Notes: a model not told the origin generated them from the letters alone. Numbered from the stretch's first letter, positions 1 to 10,415 are shown. The stretch is DNA of 38,468 nucleotides from an uncultured Marinobacter sp. (GCA_964530545.1 CAZHAY010000012.1:1-38468); one strand, 5' to 3'. Numbers and translations: made by a program.

Positions 1-6
1 GTTTTC

Positions 7-117
7 TGTCAACGGCCTTCGTGAACTTTTTTTGACGAATTTCGGTTTGCCCCTACGAGGCCGCCGCTTTTGCGCTCAGAGTGTTCACTATCTGCCCCAA
101 GTGAGCAAATTTCAACC
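7..117 (-). promoter_or_regulatory. Upstream part of a leftward sigma70 promoter resembling stable-RNA promoters (-35, UP-like A tract, Fis-like sites)
   Basis: Minus strand: perfect TTGACA at 7-12 and A7 tract at 27-33. Fis-like 15-mers (G-N2-YR-N5-YR-N2-C) at 83-97 and 103-117. The -10 and the transcript lie outside the window. Confidence 0.5.
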
Positions 118-126
118 CCTACCAAT

Positions 127-1305
127 TCAATCGAACTTAACCTGCACCTTGCCTGCTGCCTGTGTTGCGGCCTGACGGGCTTCGTCAATCGTGTTACGGA
201 CAGCCACGGCGACACCCATCCGCCGTTTACCGGAGAGCTCCGGTTTGCCAAACAGCCGCAACTGGATGTCCGGCTCTGCGAGTGCTTCGTCCAGTCCAGA
301 AAAGGCCGGTGCAGCGGACTCCCCTTCCGGCAGGATCACAGCTGAGGCTGACGGACCATTCTGCCTTATGGCGGGAATGGGGAAGCCCAGGATTGCCCGT
401 GCGTGAAGCGCGAACTCGGACATATCCTGTGAGATCAGTGTAACCAACCCGGTATCGTGAGGGCGCGGTGAGACCTCCGAGAACCAGACTTCATCACCTT
501 TAATAAAGAACTCGACGCCAAACACACCATAACCGCCCAGATTGTCCGTCACCGTACGGGCGATGTCCTGGCTGCGCTTCAGTGCCAGCTCGCTCATAGG
601 CTGGGGTTGCCAGGACTCTCTATAGTCGCCGTCTTCCTGTGAATGCCCTATCGGCTCGCAGAAGGTGACTCCGCCCTTGTGTCGCACGGTTAGCAGGGTG
701 ATTTCATAATCAAAGTCGATAAAGCCTTCCACGATGACCCGTCCCTGACCGGCGCGGCCCCCGGTTTGCGCATACTCCCAGGCCGTCGCAACGTCCTCCG
801 GCGAGCGAACCAGGCTCTGGCCCTTGCCAGACGAACTCATCACCGGCTTTACAACACAGGGAAAACCAATATCGCTCACCGCCTGATCAAATTCGGCGCG
901 GCTTTCTGCGAAACGGTAGGGGGACACGGGAACGCCAAGCTCTTCGGCGGCCAGCCGCCGGATGCCCTCGCGATTCATGGTGAGATCCACGGCACGAGCT
1001 GTCGGGATGACCTGGTAGCCTTCCTGTTCCAGACGGACCAGCTCACCGGTGGCGATCGCTTCAATCTCAGGCACGATCAGATCGGGCTTTTCCAATTCGA
1101 TAACCCGCCGCAGACTGGCCGGATCCAGCATGTCGATGACGTGGCTGCGGTGCGCTACCTGCATGGCCGGGGCATTGGCATAGCGGTCGCAGGCGACCAC
1201 TTCGACGCCGAACCGCTGCAATTCGATGGCAACTTCCTTACCCAGTTCACCGGAGCCGCACAGCAGCACCCGATAGGCGTTGGCCTTGAGAGGTGTACCT
1301 ATCAT
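127..1305 (-). CDS. purT: Formate-dependent phosphoribosylglycinamide formyltransferase (ATP-grasp)
   Basis: 392 aa; [48 protein letters not shown] and LRLFGKPE are hallmark PurT motifs. Confidence 0.97.
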   Translation of the reverse strand: MIGTPLKANAYRVLLCGSGELGKEVAIELQRFGVEVVACDRYANAPAMQVAHRSHVIDMLDPASLRRVIELEKPDLIVPEIEAIATGELVRLEQEGYQVIPTARAVDLTMNREGIRRLAAEELGVPVSPYRFAESRAEFDQAVSDIGFPCVVKPVMSSSGKGQSLVRSPEDVATAWEYAQTGGRAGQGRVIVEGFIDFDYEITLLTVRHKGGVTFCEPIGHSQEDGDYRESWQPQPMSELALKRSQDIARTVTDNLGGYGVFGVEFFIKGDEVWFSEVSPRPHDTGLVTLISQDMSEFALHARAILGFPIPAIRQNGPSASAVILPEGESAAPAFSGLDEALAEPDIQLRLFGKPELSGKRRMGVAVAVRNTIDEARQAATQAAGKVQVKFD

Positions 1306-1359
1306 CTATTATCACTTCCTACAGGCGGCCGGTCTTCCTCACGAAGAACGGTCACAGAT

Positions 1360-1542
1360 TCATAGTAAATGTTCGCGCTCTCGGTGGGCTACGTTCTCCA
1401 GTACCTGGAGACGTTCATCATCCGTCATCGTGGTCCACCGGAGGATCTCGTCACCGGTCCGGTGACAGCCAATACAGACGTCATCTTCATCGAGCGCACA
1501 CACGCTGACACAGGGAGAACGAACGCGGCGCCGGCCTTCCAT
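1360..1542 (-). CDS. DUF1289 family small Cys-rich (putative Fe-S) protein
   Basis: SPCVSVC...CIGCHRTGDEILRW pattern. Its ATG overlaps the TGA of the upstream gene, suggesting translational coupling. Confidence 0.9.
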   Translation of the reverse strand: MEGRRRVRSPCVSVCALDEDDVCIGCHRTGDEILRWTTMTDDERLQVLENVAHREREHLL

Positions 1543-2084
1543 CAGCTATCGCTGCCGCTTAACTGGAAGGGTCGCAGGGACTGCCGGTAGCGAGCAGCAT
1601 TCTCGACATAGTGCGCCGCGCTCAGTTCCAGCATTTTTTTCTGGTTCTCATCGAGCTCCCGCTTTATGCGTCCCGGCGATCCGATCACCAGCGAGCCATC
1701 CGGTATGTCCATCCCTTCCGGGATCAGGGTGTTGGCGCCAATCAGGCAGTGCTTTCCAATCCGGGCGCCGTTCAGTACCACGGCGTTGATTCCGATAAGG
1801 GTGTAGTCACCGATCTCACAACCATGAAGCATGGCCTTGTGGCCCACCGTGACGCCCCGCCCCAGCGTCAGGGGAATGCCGGAGTCGGTGTGGAGCACAG
1901 AACCATCCTGCACATTGGAATCGGGCCCGATCGTAATGAGGTCATTGTCGCCGCGGATCACCACGTTGAACCAGACACTGGACCGCTCGTGGAGGGCGAC
2001 ACTACCGATAACCGTCGCGTTCCCGGCAACAAACTGCTCTTCGCCAATCAGCTCAGGTTTGCGTTCTGCCAGCTCATACAACAT
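1542..2084 (-). CDS. Gamma carbonic anhydrase family hexapeptide-repeat protein (YrdA/CaiE-like)
   Basis: [23 protein letters not shown] and GSPG motifs; AGGAG RBS. Confidence 0.92.
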   Translation of the reverse strand: MLYELAERKPELIGEEQFVAGNATVIGSVALHERSSVWFNVVIRGDNDLITIGPDSNVQDGSVLHTDSGIPLTLGRGVTVGHKAMLHGCEIGDYTLIGINAVVLNGARIGKHCLIGANTLIPEGMDIPDGSLVIGSPGRIKRELDENQKKMLELSAAHYVENAARYRQSLRPFQLSGSDS

Positions 2085-2113
2085 CAGTCTCTCCTATTAC
2101 TGCCTCGACCGGG

Positions 2114-2704
2114 TCAGTCATAATGAGGCTTGAGCAAATCAATCCGGGCATCGTACACAGCATTCAGAAACTCCACCAGAACCACCGCCGACAGACCCCA
2201 GATCTGATACCTCTCCCAGCGATAACACGGCACGTGATAGGTGTTGTCGAGAAAAGGGAGCTCATCCGTGCGCTCGCGCCGGTCTTCCAGAAAGAACTCC
2301 ACCGGAACCCGGAAGATGCTTTCGATCTCATCGGGATTCGGATGCAGGGGATGATCGGCTGGCATGATTCCAACGTAGGGCGTTACCACGATGCCATAAC
2401 GGGAAACCACCTGACTGAGCGGCGCGATCAGCTCCACCTGCTCCGGCGGCAGGCCAATTTCTTCGTGGGCTTCCCGCAAGGCGGTAAACGCAATCGACGG
2501 ATCAGTACTGTCCCTCTTGCCTCCGGGAAAGGCCACCTGCCCACGATGGGTAGACAGGTTAGAGGACCGCAGCGTAAAAAGTATTTCAGGGGTACCGGCA
2601 TTGTCGCTCACCGGTACCAGCACACCTGCTTCCGGATAATCCATGTCAAGACGGGAGGGCGAATGGCGGGCTAGCCTTTGTGTCAACAAATCGCGCAAAA
2701 TCAT
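2114..2704 (-). CDS. nudL: CoA pyrophosphatase, Nudix family (NudL/YeaB)
   Basis: THRGQVAFPGG (NuCoA motif), ALREAHEEIG Nudix box, NPDEI and IWGLSA. Start moved to ATG 2704 after a GGAG-type RBS. Confidence 0.88.
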   Translation of the reverse strand: MILRDLLTQRLARHSPSRLDMDYPEAGVLVPVSDNAGTPEILFTLRSSNLSTHRGQVAFPGGKRDSTDPSIAFTALREAHEEIGLPPEQVELIAPLSQVVSRYGIVVTPYVGIMPADHPLHPNPDEIESIFRVPVEFFLEDRRERTDELPFLDNTYHVPCYRWERYQIWGLSAVVLVEFLNAVYDARIDLLKPHYD

Positions 2705-2786
2705 TCTCCGCCTCTGATAAAAAGACAAGGCAACCTGCTAACGATACACTGGCGCCATGAACCTGGACCATTATACGGGGTAATTT

Positions 2787-3335
2787 ATGAAGTTCTGCAG
2801 TAGCTGCGGCCATTCTGTTGAAAGCCGCATTCCCGCCGGCGATAACCGGCCGCGCTTTGTGTGCAGCCAATGCGAGCTGATTCACTATCAGAACCCTCGC
2901 ATCATAGCGGGTACTGTACCGGTGTGGGAGGGCAAGATCCTGCTCTGCCGTCGCGCCATTGAGCCAAGGTACGGTTTCTGGACCCTACCCGCCGGTTTTA
3001 TGGAAAACTCCGAGACGACGGAAGAGGCGGCTGCCCGGGAGACGCGGGAAGAAGCCATCGCCGAAGTCGAACTCGCCGACCTGTACACGATGATCCACGT
3101 GCCCCATATCGACCAGGTGCACATGTTCTACCGTGCTTTCCTGACCGAAGAGCAATTTGGTGCCGGGGAAGAAACGCTTGAGGCGGACTTGTTTGACCTG
3201 CACCGTATCCCCTGGGATGAAATTTCTTTCCCGACGGTTCGCCGTACGCTGGAGCATTTTGTTGAAGATGTGCGTCGCAATGAGTTCTCGCTACACGTCA
3301 GCGACATTCGCCATCGGCTTAAATCCGATAAGTAA
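2787..3335 (+). CDS. Nudix hydrolase with N-terminal zinc ribbon
   Basis: MKFCSSCG...CSQC zinc ribbon, HYQNP, WTLPAGFME...AARETREEA Nudix box. Confidence 0.92.
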   Translation: MKFCSSCGHSVESRIPAGDNRPRFVCSQCELIHYQNPRIIAGTVPVWEGKILLCRRAIEPRYGFWTLPAGFMENSETTEEAAARETREEAIAEVELADLYTMIHVPHIDQVHMFYRAFLTEEQFGAGEETLEADLFDLHRIPWDEISFPTVRRTLEHFVEDVRRNEFSLHVSDIRHRLKSDK

Positions 3336-3359
3336 GACCTCCAGGCACGTCCGTTCTGC

Positions 3360-3671
3360 TCAGAAGTTTTCCAGCCGGTAGACCTCGTACGCGGGTTCTT
3401 CGTAGGGATGGGCCTGCTTCATTGCCTCAACCACATCGCGAATCAGCCCGTCTTCGCACACCAGCTCCACCTTTAACTCATCAACCCGCTCAAGCTGGCC
3501 ATGTTCGCCCAGATGTGGGTTACTGCCTTCCAGCGGACGAAACTGCCCCTGACCAAGAGTCTGCCAGGCACAGCAATCATAGTCGCCGATGCGTCCGCCA
3601 CCGGCCTCAAAAACCGCTTTCTTGGTCTCTTCCGCATGGGATAACGGAACAAAAAAACACAGCTTGTACAT
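3360..3671 (-). CDS. YqfO/NIF3-related small protein (stand-alone PII/CutA-like domain)
   Basis: MYKLCFFVP, AGGGRIGDYDCC, GQFRP, AHPYEEPAY. ATG 3671 follows AGGAG. Confidence 0.88.
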   Translation of the reverse strand: MYKLCFFVPLSHAEETKKAVFEAGGGRIGDYDCCAWQTLGQGQFRPLEGSNPHLGEHGQLERVDELKVELVCEDGLIRDVVEAMKQAHPYEEPAYEVYRLENF

Positions 3672-3751
3672 GGCATGCTCCTCTGACAAAAGTTTACATT
3701 TCAAGCGTGAAACAGCTTGACTTGGTCGTCAAGCCAGCCGGATCGCGGCCC

Positions 3752-3971
3752 TTGTGGGTTACCCACAAAAACTGTGGATAACTTTGGGGATAGTTTTTGG
3801 GCAGACGCCGCAAAGCCCCGTCGTTACTGCTCTCCCCTCAAATTGGCGAGAAATCCACCTCTGCCGATTAATCCTTATAAATCATAACCTTAGAAACCGA
3901 GGCGAATTATCGAGCGAGTTGTAGCTGTTTTATACAAAGGTCAGGCCAGGACGCTGGCGAAGTGTGCATAA
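3752..3971. promoter_or_regulatory. DnaA-box cluster with IHF-like site (DARS-like)
   Basis: TTACCCACA 3759-3767; TGTGGATAA 3773-3781 (perfect); TGGGGATAG 3785-3793; AATCATAACCTTA 3880-3892 (IHF consensus, 1 mismatch); TTATACAAA 3930-3938; TGTGCATAA 3963-3971 (perfect TTATNCACA on minus). Confidence 0.7.
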
Positions 3972-4058
3972 AACTATCGAGTCAAGGCTTTTTTTCGCTA
4001 TAAAGAAAGAGAAAGGGCTTGCAATACGTAGCGTTAGCCGAGGGTTTTCAAAACCAAT

Positions 4059-4094
4059 AAAAAAGCCGGTAACCATATCAAGGTTACCGGCTTT
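4059..4094 (-). terminator. Rho-independent terminator of purL
   Basis: 13-bp perfect inverted repeat AAAGCCGGTAACC/GGTTACCGGCTTT, 7-nt loop, U tract on the minus strand, about 30 nt after the purL stop. Confidence 0.88.
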
Positions 4095-4122
4095 ACGGGC
4101 GGTCCCTATCAAGACCTGGCTG

Positions 4123-7100
4123 TTATCCCAGCCATTTACGAGCGTTGCGGAACATACGCAGCCACGGGCCGTCCTCGCCCCAGTTTTCTGGATGCCAGGA
4201 GAACTGTGCGGTGCGGAACAAGCGCTCAGGATGAGGCATCATAACGGTGACCCGGCCATCATCGTTTGTAAGGCCGGTGATGCCCTGGTCTGAACCGTTC
4301 GGGTTATAGGGATATCGCATCGTGGACTGACCATGGTGATCCACATATCTCAGGGCCACCTGACCAGACTGGTTGAGCGTATCGATGGCACCGGCGCCGA
4401 ACTCGGTGCGCCCTTCCCCATGAGCCACTGCAATCGGCATGCGAGAGCCTGCCATTCCGTCAAGGAAGACCGATGGGGATGGCTGCACTTCAACCATCAC
4501 CAGGCGCGCTTCAAACTGCTCTGACTCATTCCGGACAAAGCGAGGCCAGGCGGTCGTGCCCGGGATCAGCTCCTGCAGGTTTGAGAGCATCTGACATCCG
4601 TTACAGACCCCAAGGGAGAGGGTGTCGTCGCGCTGGAAGAACTCGGCAAACTGATCTCTGACACGGGTGTTGAACAGGATCGACTTGGCCCAGCCGCCGC
4701 CGGCGCCCAGCACATCGCCGTAGGAAAAGCCGCCGCAGGCTGCCAGTGTTCTGAAAGCGTCCAGTGTGACCCGGCCGGACAACAGGTCACTCATATGCAC
4801 ATCCACCGCCTCAAAACCGGCGCGGTCAAAGGCGGCCGCCATCTCAATCTGGCCGTTAACGCCCTGCTCCCGCAGCACTGCCACCTTTGGTCGTGCACCA
4901 GTTGAGATATACGGCGCGGCGATATCGTCTGACGGATCAAAGGTCAGCTCAGCGCCCAGCCCCGGGTCGTCACTTTCCAGCAGGTTGTCGAACTCTTCCT
5001 GGGCACAGTTGGCGTTATCACGCAGGCTCTGGATCCGATAGCTGGTTTCTGACCAGAGACGCTGTAAATCCGCCCTTGCCTGGTCAATCACGGGTTCGCC
5101 TTCGAACGAAAAGCGAATGCGATCTTCGTCATTCAGCGTGCCGATAACCGACGTGTGTTCACCCAGACCAGCTCCCGAGAACTGCTGCAGGATAAACGGA
5201 GTATCTTCACGACGGACCTGAATGACAGCGCCAAGTTCTTCGTTGAACAGCTCCCGCGCGAAATGTCCGGCCTCTTCCGCGAGGCCATCCAGGCGAATAT
5301 CCACGCCCGTACGGCCGGCAAACGCCATTTCCGCCAGCGTGACAAACACGCCGCCGTCAGAGCGGTCATGGTAAGCCAGAAGCTTGCGATCCTGGTTCAG
5401 GCCCTGAATCACGGCAAAGAACGCCTTGATGTCTTCCGGGTCGTCCAAGTCCGGCGCAACCGCGCCCATATGGCCATACACCTGCGCCAGTGCGGAACCG
5501 CCAAGCCGGTTCTGGCCTGCCGCCAGGTCCACCAGAATCAGATCGGTTTCGCCCTGATCCGTTCTTAACTGGGGTGTCAGCGTCCGGGTAACGTCTGTGA
5601 CGGGAGCAAAGCCACTGATGACCAGTGACAGCGGGGCAGTTACGCTTTTCTGCTCGCCGCTCTCTTCCCAGACGGTCTTCATGGACATGGAGTCCTTGCC
5701 CACGGGAATGGCAATGCCCAGTTCCGGACACAGCTCCATCCCTACCGCGCGCACGGTTTCATACAGGTTCTCGTCTTCACCTGGATGCCCGGCAGCGGCC
5801 ATCCAGTTCGCGGAGAGACGGATATCGGAAAGCTTTTCGATGGCAGCTGCGGCCAGGTTGGTAATTGCCTCACCCACCGCCATACGGCCGGAGGCCGGGG
5901 AGTCGATACAGGCCACCGGCGTACGCTCACCCATAGCCATGGCTTCGCCGGTAAGCACGTCGTAGCTGGTGGCCGTCACGGCCACGTCCGCAACCGGCAC
6001 CTGCCAGGGGCCGACCATCTGGTCCCGGGCCACCAGACCGGTGACGCTGCGATCGCCGATGGTTATCAGGAAGCTCTTGCTGCCCACCGACGGCAGACGC
6101 AATACCCGTCGGACGGCCTCGTTCAGATCAACACCAGAAGAGTCAAAAACGGACTTGGTGAAGGAGGTACGGTTAATGCTCCGGTGCATCCGGGGCGGTT
6201 TACCGAACAGCACGTCCATGGGGATGTCCACGGGCGAGTCGCCGTAATAGGCATCTGTCAGCGTCAGATGGTGAGCCTCTGTCGCTTCCCCAATAACCGC
6301 ATAGGGGCAGCGCTCACGGCGGCAAATGGCGTCAAACCGCTCCATGTTTTCTTCTGCCACGGCAAGGACATAACGCTCCTGGGATTCGTTACACCAGATT
6401 TCCAGGGGTGACATGCCGGGCTCATCGCTGGGGATATCCCTCAGCTCGAATTTACCGCCACGACCGCCGTCCTTGACCAGTTCGGGCATGGCGTTGGACA
6501 GACCGCCAGCCCCCACGTCGTGGATAAACGCAATGGGATTCTGATCGCCCTGCTGCCAGCAGCGGTCAATGACTTCCTGACAGCGGCGTTCCATTTCCGG
6601 GTTACCCCGCTGGACCGACGCGAAGTCGAGGTTCTCATGACTGACGCCGGAGTCCATGGAAGACGCGGCGCCGCCACCCAGGCCAATCAGCATGGACGGA
6701 CCACCGAGAACGATCAGCCGGGCACCGACCGGTATCTCGCCTTTTTCCACGTCGTCTTCGCGGATATTCCCGAGCCCGCCTGCGATCATGATCGGCTTGT
6801 GATAACCGCGAACTTCCTCGCCCGCCGGACCGGGTACCCGTTGCTCGAAGGTCCGGAAGTAGCCTGCAAGGTTGGGACGACCGAATTCGTTGTTAAACGA
6901 GGCACCACCGATCGGCCCTTCGATCATGATCTCGAGCGGAGAGGCAATCCGGTCCGGACGTCCATAATGCTCTTCCCAGGGCTGACGGTCGCCGGGGATC
7001 TCCAGGTTGGAGACCGTGAACCCGGTCAGGCCCGCCTTGGGCTTGGAGCCGCGCCCGGTGGCGCCTTCATCACGGATTTCGCCGCCGGAGCCCGTCGCCG

Positions 7101-8028
7101 CACCGGCAAAAGGTGAGATGGCGGTGGGATGGTTGTGGGTTTCCACCTTCATCAGAATATGAATGGGCTCGGTGACGTAGGTATACCGCGCCGTCTCCGG
7201 GTCCGGGTAGAAGCGTCCACCGACCGATCCACGAATCACCGAGGCATTGTCACGGTACGCAGACAACACGCCGTCGCCGCTCATCTTATGGGTGTTCTTG
7301 ATCATGGCGAACAGGGACTTCTGCTGCCCTTCACCGTCAATATCCCACGAGGCATTAAAAATCTTGTGCCGGCAATGCTCCGAGTTGGCCTGGGCAAACA
7401 TCATCAGCTCAACGTCTGTCGGATCCCGGTCCAGATTACTGAAGGACTCCACCAGATAATCGATTTCATCCTCCGCCAGGGCCAGTCCCAGCCGCTGGTT
7501 CGCCTCTACCAGCGCCGGACGGCCGCCGGAAAGCACCGGCACGCGCTCCAGTGACCGGGGCTCTTCACGATGGAACAGCAGTTGCGCGCCGCCCATCTCA
7601 TGAAAAACGGTTTCCGTCATACGGTCGTGGAGCAGCGCTGCAATCGCCTGACGCTCCTCACGGCCAAGCTTTGACTCGGCATGAATGTAATAGGCAATGC
7701 CCCGCTCAATACGGCGTACCTGTCGCAGTCCGCAATTACGGGCGATGTCGGTCGCCTTGGTGGACCAGGGCGAAACCGTACCCGGACGGGGTAGCACCAG
7801 GAACAGAATGCCTTCCGGCTCCCGGCGCTCTGCGCTGGGGCCGTACGTCAGGAGTCGGCTGAGCACTTCCTGGTCGGAGCTGTTCAGATCCGCCTCGGCG
7901 TCCACGAAATGCATGAATTCCGCATAAACTGAACGGACGCTTTTAACGGCGCCAGTAAGCTGGCCAAAAAGTTTTTCAGAGCGGAAAGGGGAAAGAGCGG
8001 GGGCGCCGCGGAGTTCCAGCATGGTCAT
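4123..8028 (-). CDS. purL: Phosphoribosylformylglycinamidine synthase (large single-chain form)
   Basis: 1301 aa; [29 protein letters not shown], glutaminase GVCNGCQ and MMPHPER. Confidence 0.99.
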   Translation of the reverse strand: MTMLELRGAPALSPFRSEKLFGQLTGAVKSVRSVYAEFMHFVDAEADLNSSDQEVLSRLLTYGPSAERREPEGILFLVLPRPGTVSPWSTKATDIARNCGLRQVRRIERGIAYYIHAESKLGREERQAIAALLHDRMTETVFHEMGGAQLLFHREEPRSLERVPVLSGGRPALVEANQRLGLALAEDEIDYLVESFSNLDRDPTDVELMMFAQANSEHCRHKIFNASWDIDGEGQQKSLFAMIKNTHKMSGDGVLSAYRDNASVIRGSVGGRFYPDPETARYTYVTEPIHILMKVETHNHPTAISPFAGAATGSGGEIRDEGATGRGSKPKAGLTGFTVSNLEIPGDRQPWEEHYGRPDRIASPLEIMIEGPIGGASFNNEFGRPNLAGYFRTFEQRVPGPAGEEVRGYHKPIMIAGGLGNIREDDVEKGEIPVGARLIVLGGPSMLIGLGGGAASSMDSGVSHENLDFASVQRGNPEMERRCQEVIDRCWQQGDQNPIAFIHDVGAGGLSNAMPELVKDGGRGGKFELRDIPSDEPGMSPLEIWCNESQERYVLAVAEENMERFDAICRRERCPYAVIGEATEAHHLTLTDAYYGDSPVDIPMDVLFGKPPRMHRSINRTSFTKSVFDSSGVDLNEAVRRVLRLPSVGSKSFLITIGDRSVTGLVARDQMVGPWQVPVADVAVTATSYDVLTGEAMAMGERTPVACIDSPASGRMAVGEAITNLAAAAIEKLSDIRLSANWMAAAGHPGEDENLYETVRAVGMELCPELGIAIPVGKDSMSMKTVWEESGEQKSVTAPLSLVISGFAPVTDVTRTLTPQLRTDQGETDLILVDLAAGQNRLGGSALAQVYGHMGAVAPDLDDPEDIKAFFAVIQGLNQDRKLLAYHDRSDGGVFVTLAEMAFAGRTGVDIRLDGLAEEAGHFARELFNEELGAVIQVRREDTPFILQQFSGAGLGEHTSVIGTLNDEDRIRFSFEGEPVIDQARADLQRLWSETSYRIQSLRDNANCAQEEFDNLLESDDPGLGAELTFDPSDDIAAPYISTGARPKVAVLREQGVNGQIEMAAAFDRAGFEAVDVHMSDLLSGRVTLDAFRTLAACGGFSYGDVLGAGGGWAKSILFNTRVRDQFAEFFQRDDTLSLGVCNGCQMLSNLQELIPGTTAWPRFVRNESEQFEARLVMVEVQPSPSVFLDGMAGSRMPIAVAHGEGRTEFGAGAIDTLNQSGQVALRYVDHHGQSTMRYPYNPNGSDQGITGLTNDDGRVTVMMPHPERLFRTAQFSWHPENWGEDGPWLRMFRNARKWLG

Positions 8029-8261
8029 TTAACCTGTATCGCGCGAACTTGAGAAACCGATGCCTGTCCCTGAGCAGTGCCTGGCTGCTGCCGGGGCGGG
8101 AGACACCGTTTGTGAACGGGCGCAATAATACTGGAAACTGCCCCGGGGATACAGCAGCGCGCAACAAATGTACAATACCCAAGGCGCATGAACCTGTTCC
8201 CTGGGGTAAATTGACCTTTTCCCCCGCTCCGGGGATTATGCTGTATTCCGGTCCGGAGGCT

Positions 8262-9806
8262 ATGAAATTGGGTTGCTCCCGCGATATTCCACCACATCGA
8301 CGCTCCCTGCACGGCGCCCTGCTCGTCCTGCTGTGCATAGTCGTGATCGCTGGTTGTACGCGGCCTGATACGCTGGCGAAGGTGCAGGCAGAGGGTGTTC
8401 TGCACGTCATTACCCGCAATGCGCCCTCGATTTACTACGAAGACCGGGAGGGACCGACCGGCTTCGACCATGAACTGGCCCAGCGTTTTGCCGATCACCT
8501 TGGTGTTGAGCTACGGGTTCGCCTGGCTGATAGCAACGGCGAGATCCTCCGGGTACTGGACGATGGCTACGCCCATATCGGCTTTACCGGCCTCTCGGCG
8601 GATCGCGACTGGGGTGACCGGTTCCGGTCCCTGGGGAATGGCCTGACGTCCGAGTCGGTCATCATTTACCATCGCGGGCTGGACCATCCGGATGATATTG
8701 CGGATCTGCTGACACAGGAGATCGTGATTCATGTCGCTGCCGAATCCAACCACCTGCCCCACCTTGACCATTTACAGGCCGCATACCCCGACCTGGATTA
8801 CCTCGTCCATAAGGGGCTGGATGCAGCGGGTATGCTCGAGCGGGTCGAGAAAGGCCTGTTCTCAGCCGCGGTGGTGGATGCCAACGAGCTTGCCCTGAAC
8901 CATGTGTTCTACCCAAATGTGAAGCGCGCCTTCAGCATTAGTGATCAGGAAGCCATCGCCTGGCTGTTCCCCATCGTTAATGACGGAACCCTTTACGCCG
9001 AAGCCCACCAGTTCTTCCGGCAGATTGAGGAAGACGGCACGCTTGCGCACCTGCGCGAGCGGTTTTACGGTCATCTGGGACAGTTGGGCTATGTCGGCGC
9101 ATTAACGTTCGAAGAACACATCCAGAAGCGCCTGCCACAATATATCGACACCTTCCGGGATTATGGTGAACAGACAGGGCTGGACTGGCGACTGCTGGCC
9201 GCCATCGGCTACCAGGAGTCCAACTGGCGCCGGGACGCGGTGTCACCGACCGGCGTTCGCGGCCTGATGATGCTGACCCGGACCACGGCGGCCCATATCG
9301 GCATTGATAATCGCCTCAACCCCCAGCAGAGCATCGAAGGGGGCGCGCGCTATTTCCGGCAGGTGCTCCGGATGATTCCCGACCAGGTACTGGAGCCGGA
9401 TCGCACCTGGTTCGCCCTTGCGTCCTATAACGTTGGCTTTGGTCATCTGGAGGATGCCAGGCGACTGACCCAGGCGGCCGGGCGCAACCCGAACCGCTGG
9501 ATGGATGTGAAGGAATTCCTGCCCCTGCTGTCCCAGAAAGAATGGTACTCCCAGACCCGGCACGGCTATGCCCGCGGGCACGAACCGGTTATCTATGTGC
9601 AGAATATCCGTCGATACTACGATGTATTGGCGCGCCGGTATGAGTTACTGGCTGAACCCGATACCCTGCTGGCAGACACTGCGGCGGAAGAGTTGCCGTC
9701 TGCGGCACCCACTCTCTTCTATGAGACCAGTGGCCTCCACGCCGGCGAACCTGAAACCACTCTGGCCCTGCCGCGGGACATGGGGCTTACGCCTCCGACT
9801 CTCTGA
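8262..9806 (+). CDS. mltF: Membrane-bound lytic murein transglycosylase F
   Basis: Substrate-binding-like N-terminal domain plus SLT domain (YQES, SPTGVRGLMMLT, ASYNVG, GYARG). ATG 8262 follows GGAGG; lipobox-like IAGC; divergent from purL as usual. Confidence 0.93.
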   Translation: MKLGCSRDIPPHRRSLHGALLVLLCIVVIAGCTRPDTLAKVQAEGVLHVITRNAPSIYYEDREGPTGFDHELAQRFADHLGVELRVRLADSNGEILRVLDDGYAHIGFTGLSADRDWGDRFRSLGNGLTSESVIIYHRGLDHPDDIADLLTQEIVIHVAAESNHLPHLDHLQAAYPDLDYLVHKGLDAAGMLERVEKGLFSAAVVDANELALNHVFYPNVKRAFSISDQEAIAWLFPIVNDGTLYAEAHQFFRQIEEDGTLAHLRERFYGHLGQLGYVGALTFEEHIQKRLPQYIDTFRDYGEQTGLDWRLLAAIGYQESNWRRDAVSPTGVRGLMMLTRTTAAHIGIDNRLNPQQSIEGGARYFRQVLRMIPDQVLEPDRTWFALASYNVGFGHLEDARRLTQAAGRNPNRWMDVKEFLPLLSQKEWYSQTRHGYARGHEPVIYVQNIRRYYDVLARRYELLAEPDTLLADTAAEELPSAAPTLFYETSGLHAGEPETTLALPRDMGLTPPTL

Positions 9807-10263
9807 CCTCAAGCGCCTGCTCAATCTGGTCTGTCGTAAAACCTCGGCGGGCGAGAAAGCCGCCCTGGCGCTGGCGCTCGTTCCAGTCCCCCGAAAGGTC
9901 CGTCAGGCCATACCGTTTTTCCCGCAGCCGGGTCGCCACATCGACCCATTGCACTTCGGTGATCGCCGATAACTCCGGTGGCACATGCCTGATCCCCCGG
10001 TGCTGAAGATCAGCAAGCACCTTGAGCGGCCCGTAACCTGCATCCACCCGCTGCCGCATGAAAACCTCAGCGAAACGCTCATCGCTGAGCCAGCCCTTTT
10101 CCTCGAACTCATCCAGTACGGACTCAATCACACCAAGGCTGACTTGCCGCTGACGGAGCTTGAGGGCAAGTTCAAAGCGGCTATGCTCCCGCCGTGCGAG
10201 GAGCCGAAGGGCGATCTCCGGAGCCTGGGTATCGGGATCTTTCTTCTTGGTCTGCTTTGCCAT
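9787..10263 (-). CDS. recX: Regulatory protein RecX
   Basis: ALRLLARREHSRFEL, LSDERFAE, GYGP, FLARRGF. The 3' end overlaps mltF by 20 nt. Confidence 0.92.
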   Translation of the reverse strand: MAKQTKKKDPDTQAPEIALRLLARREHSRFELALKLRQRQVSLGVIESVLDEFEEKGWLSDERFAEVFMRQRVDAGYGPLKVLADLQHRGIRHVPPELSAITEVQWVDVATRLREKRYGLTDLSGDWNERQRQGGFLARRGFTTDQIEQALEVRESEA

Positions 10264-10376
10264 ACCGGCGTTATATTACCTTTGCCGCACGCACTTTTTA
10301 GCTGCTTTGCCGACTGGCCCTTTCCGCCAGCGCTCGGCAGAGGATAGACTATGCCACCTGCCCGGGCGCCCGAGTT

Positions 10377-10415
10377 TTGCTGAGCTCTTTTTTGCTCAAC
10401 TCTTTGCTGAACTCT
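10377..10415. repeat. Three imperfect 12-bp direct repeats TTGCT(G/C)A(G/A)CTCT
   Basis: TTGCTGAGCTCT 10377-10388, TTGCTCAACTCT 10392-10403 and TTGCTGAACTCT 10404-10415, in the divergent recX/DUF349 spacer. Confidence 0.75.

Noticed and set aside
1-126. Possible IS terminal sequence (TGTCAACGGCC) at the left edge
   Set aside because: No transposase or matching partner end in the window; better explained as a TTGACA promoter element on the minus strand.
1306-1359. ZMP/ZTP or purine riboswitch before purT or purL
   Set aside because: Only a small imperfect hairpin in a 54-bp gap before purT; no aptamer consensus recognised before either gene.
3720-4060. oriC
   Set aside because: No dnaA, dnaN, rpmH or gidA context and no recognisable 13-mer unwinding repeats; a DARS/datA-like reading is preferred.
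3930-4293. Short ORFs 3930-4112 and 3964-4293
   Set aside because: They run across DnaA boxes, the purL terminator or the purL antisense strand; no RBS or family signal.
8049-8261. 71-aa N-terminal extension of MltF in the ORF track
   Set aside because: It covers the divergent promoter region; ATG 8262 has a GGAGG RBS and places the signal peptide near the N-terminus.
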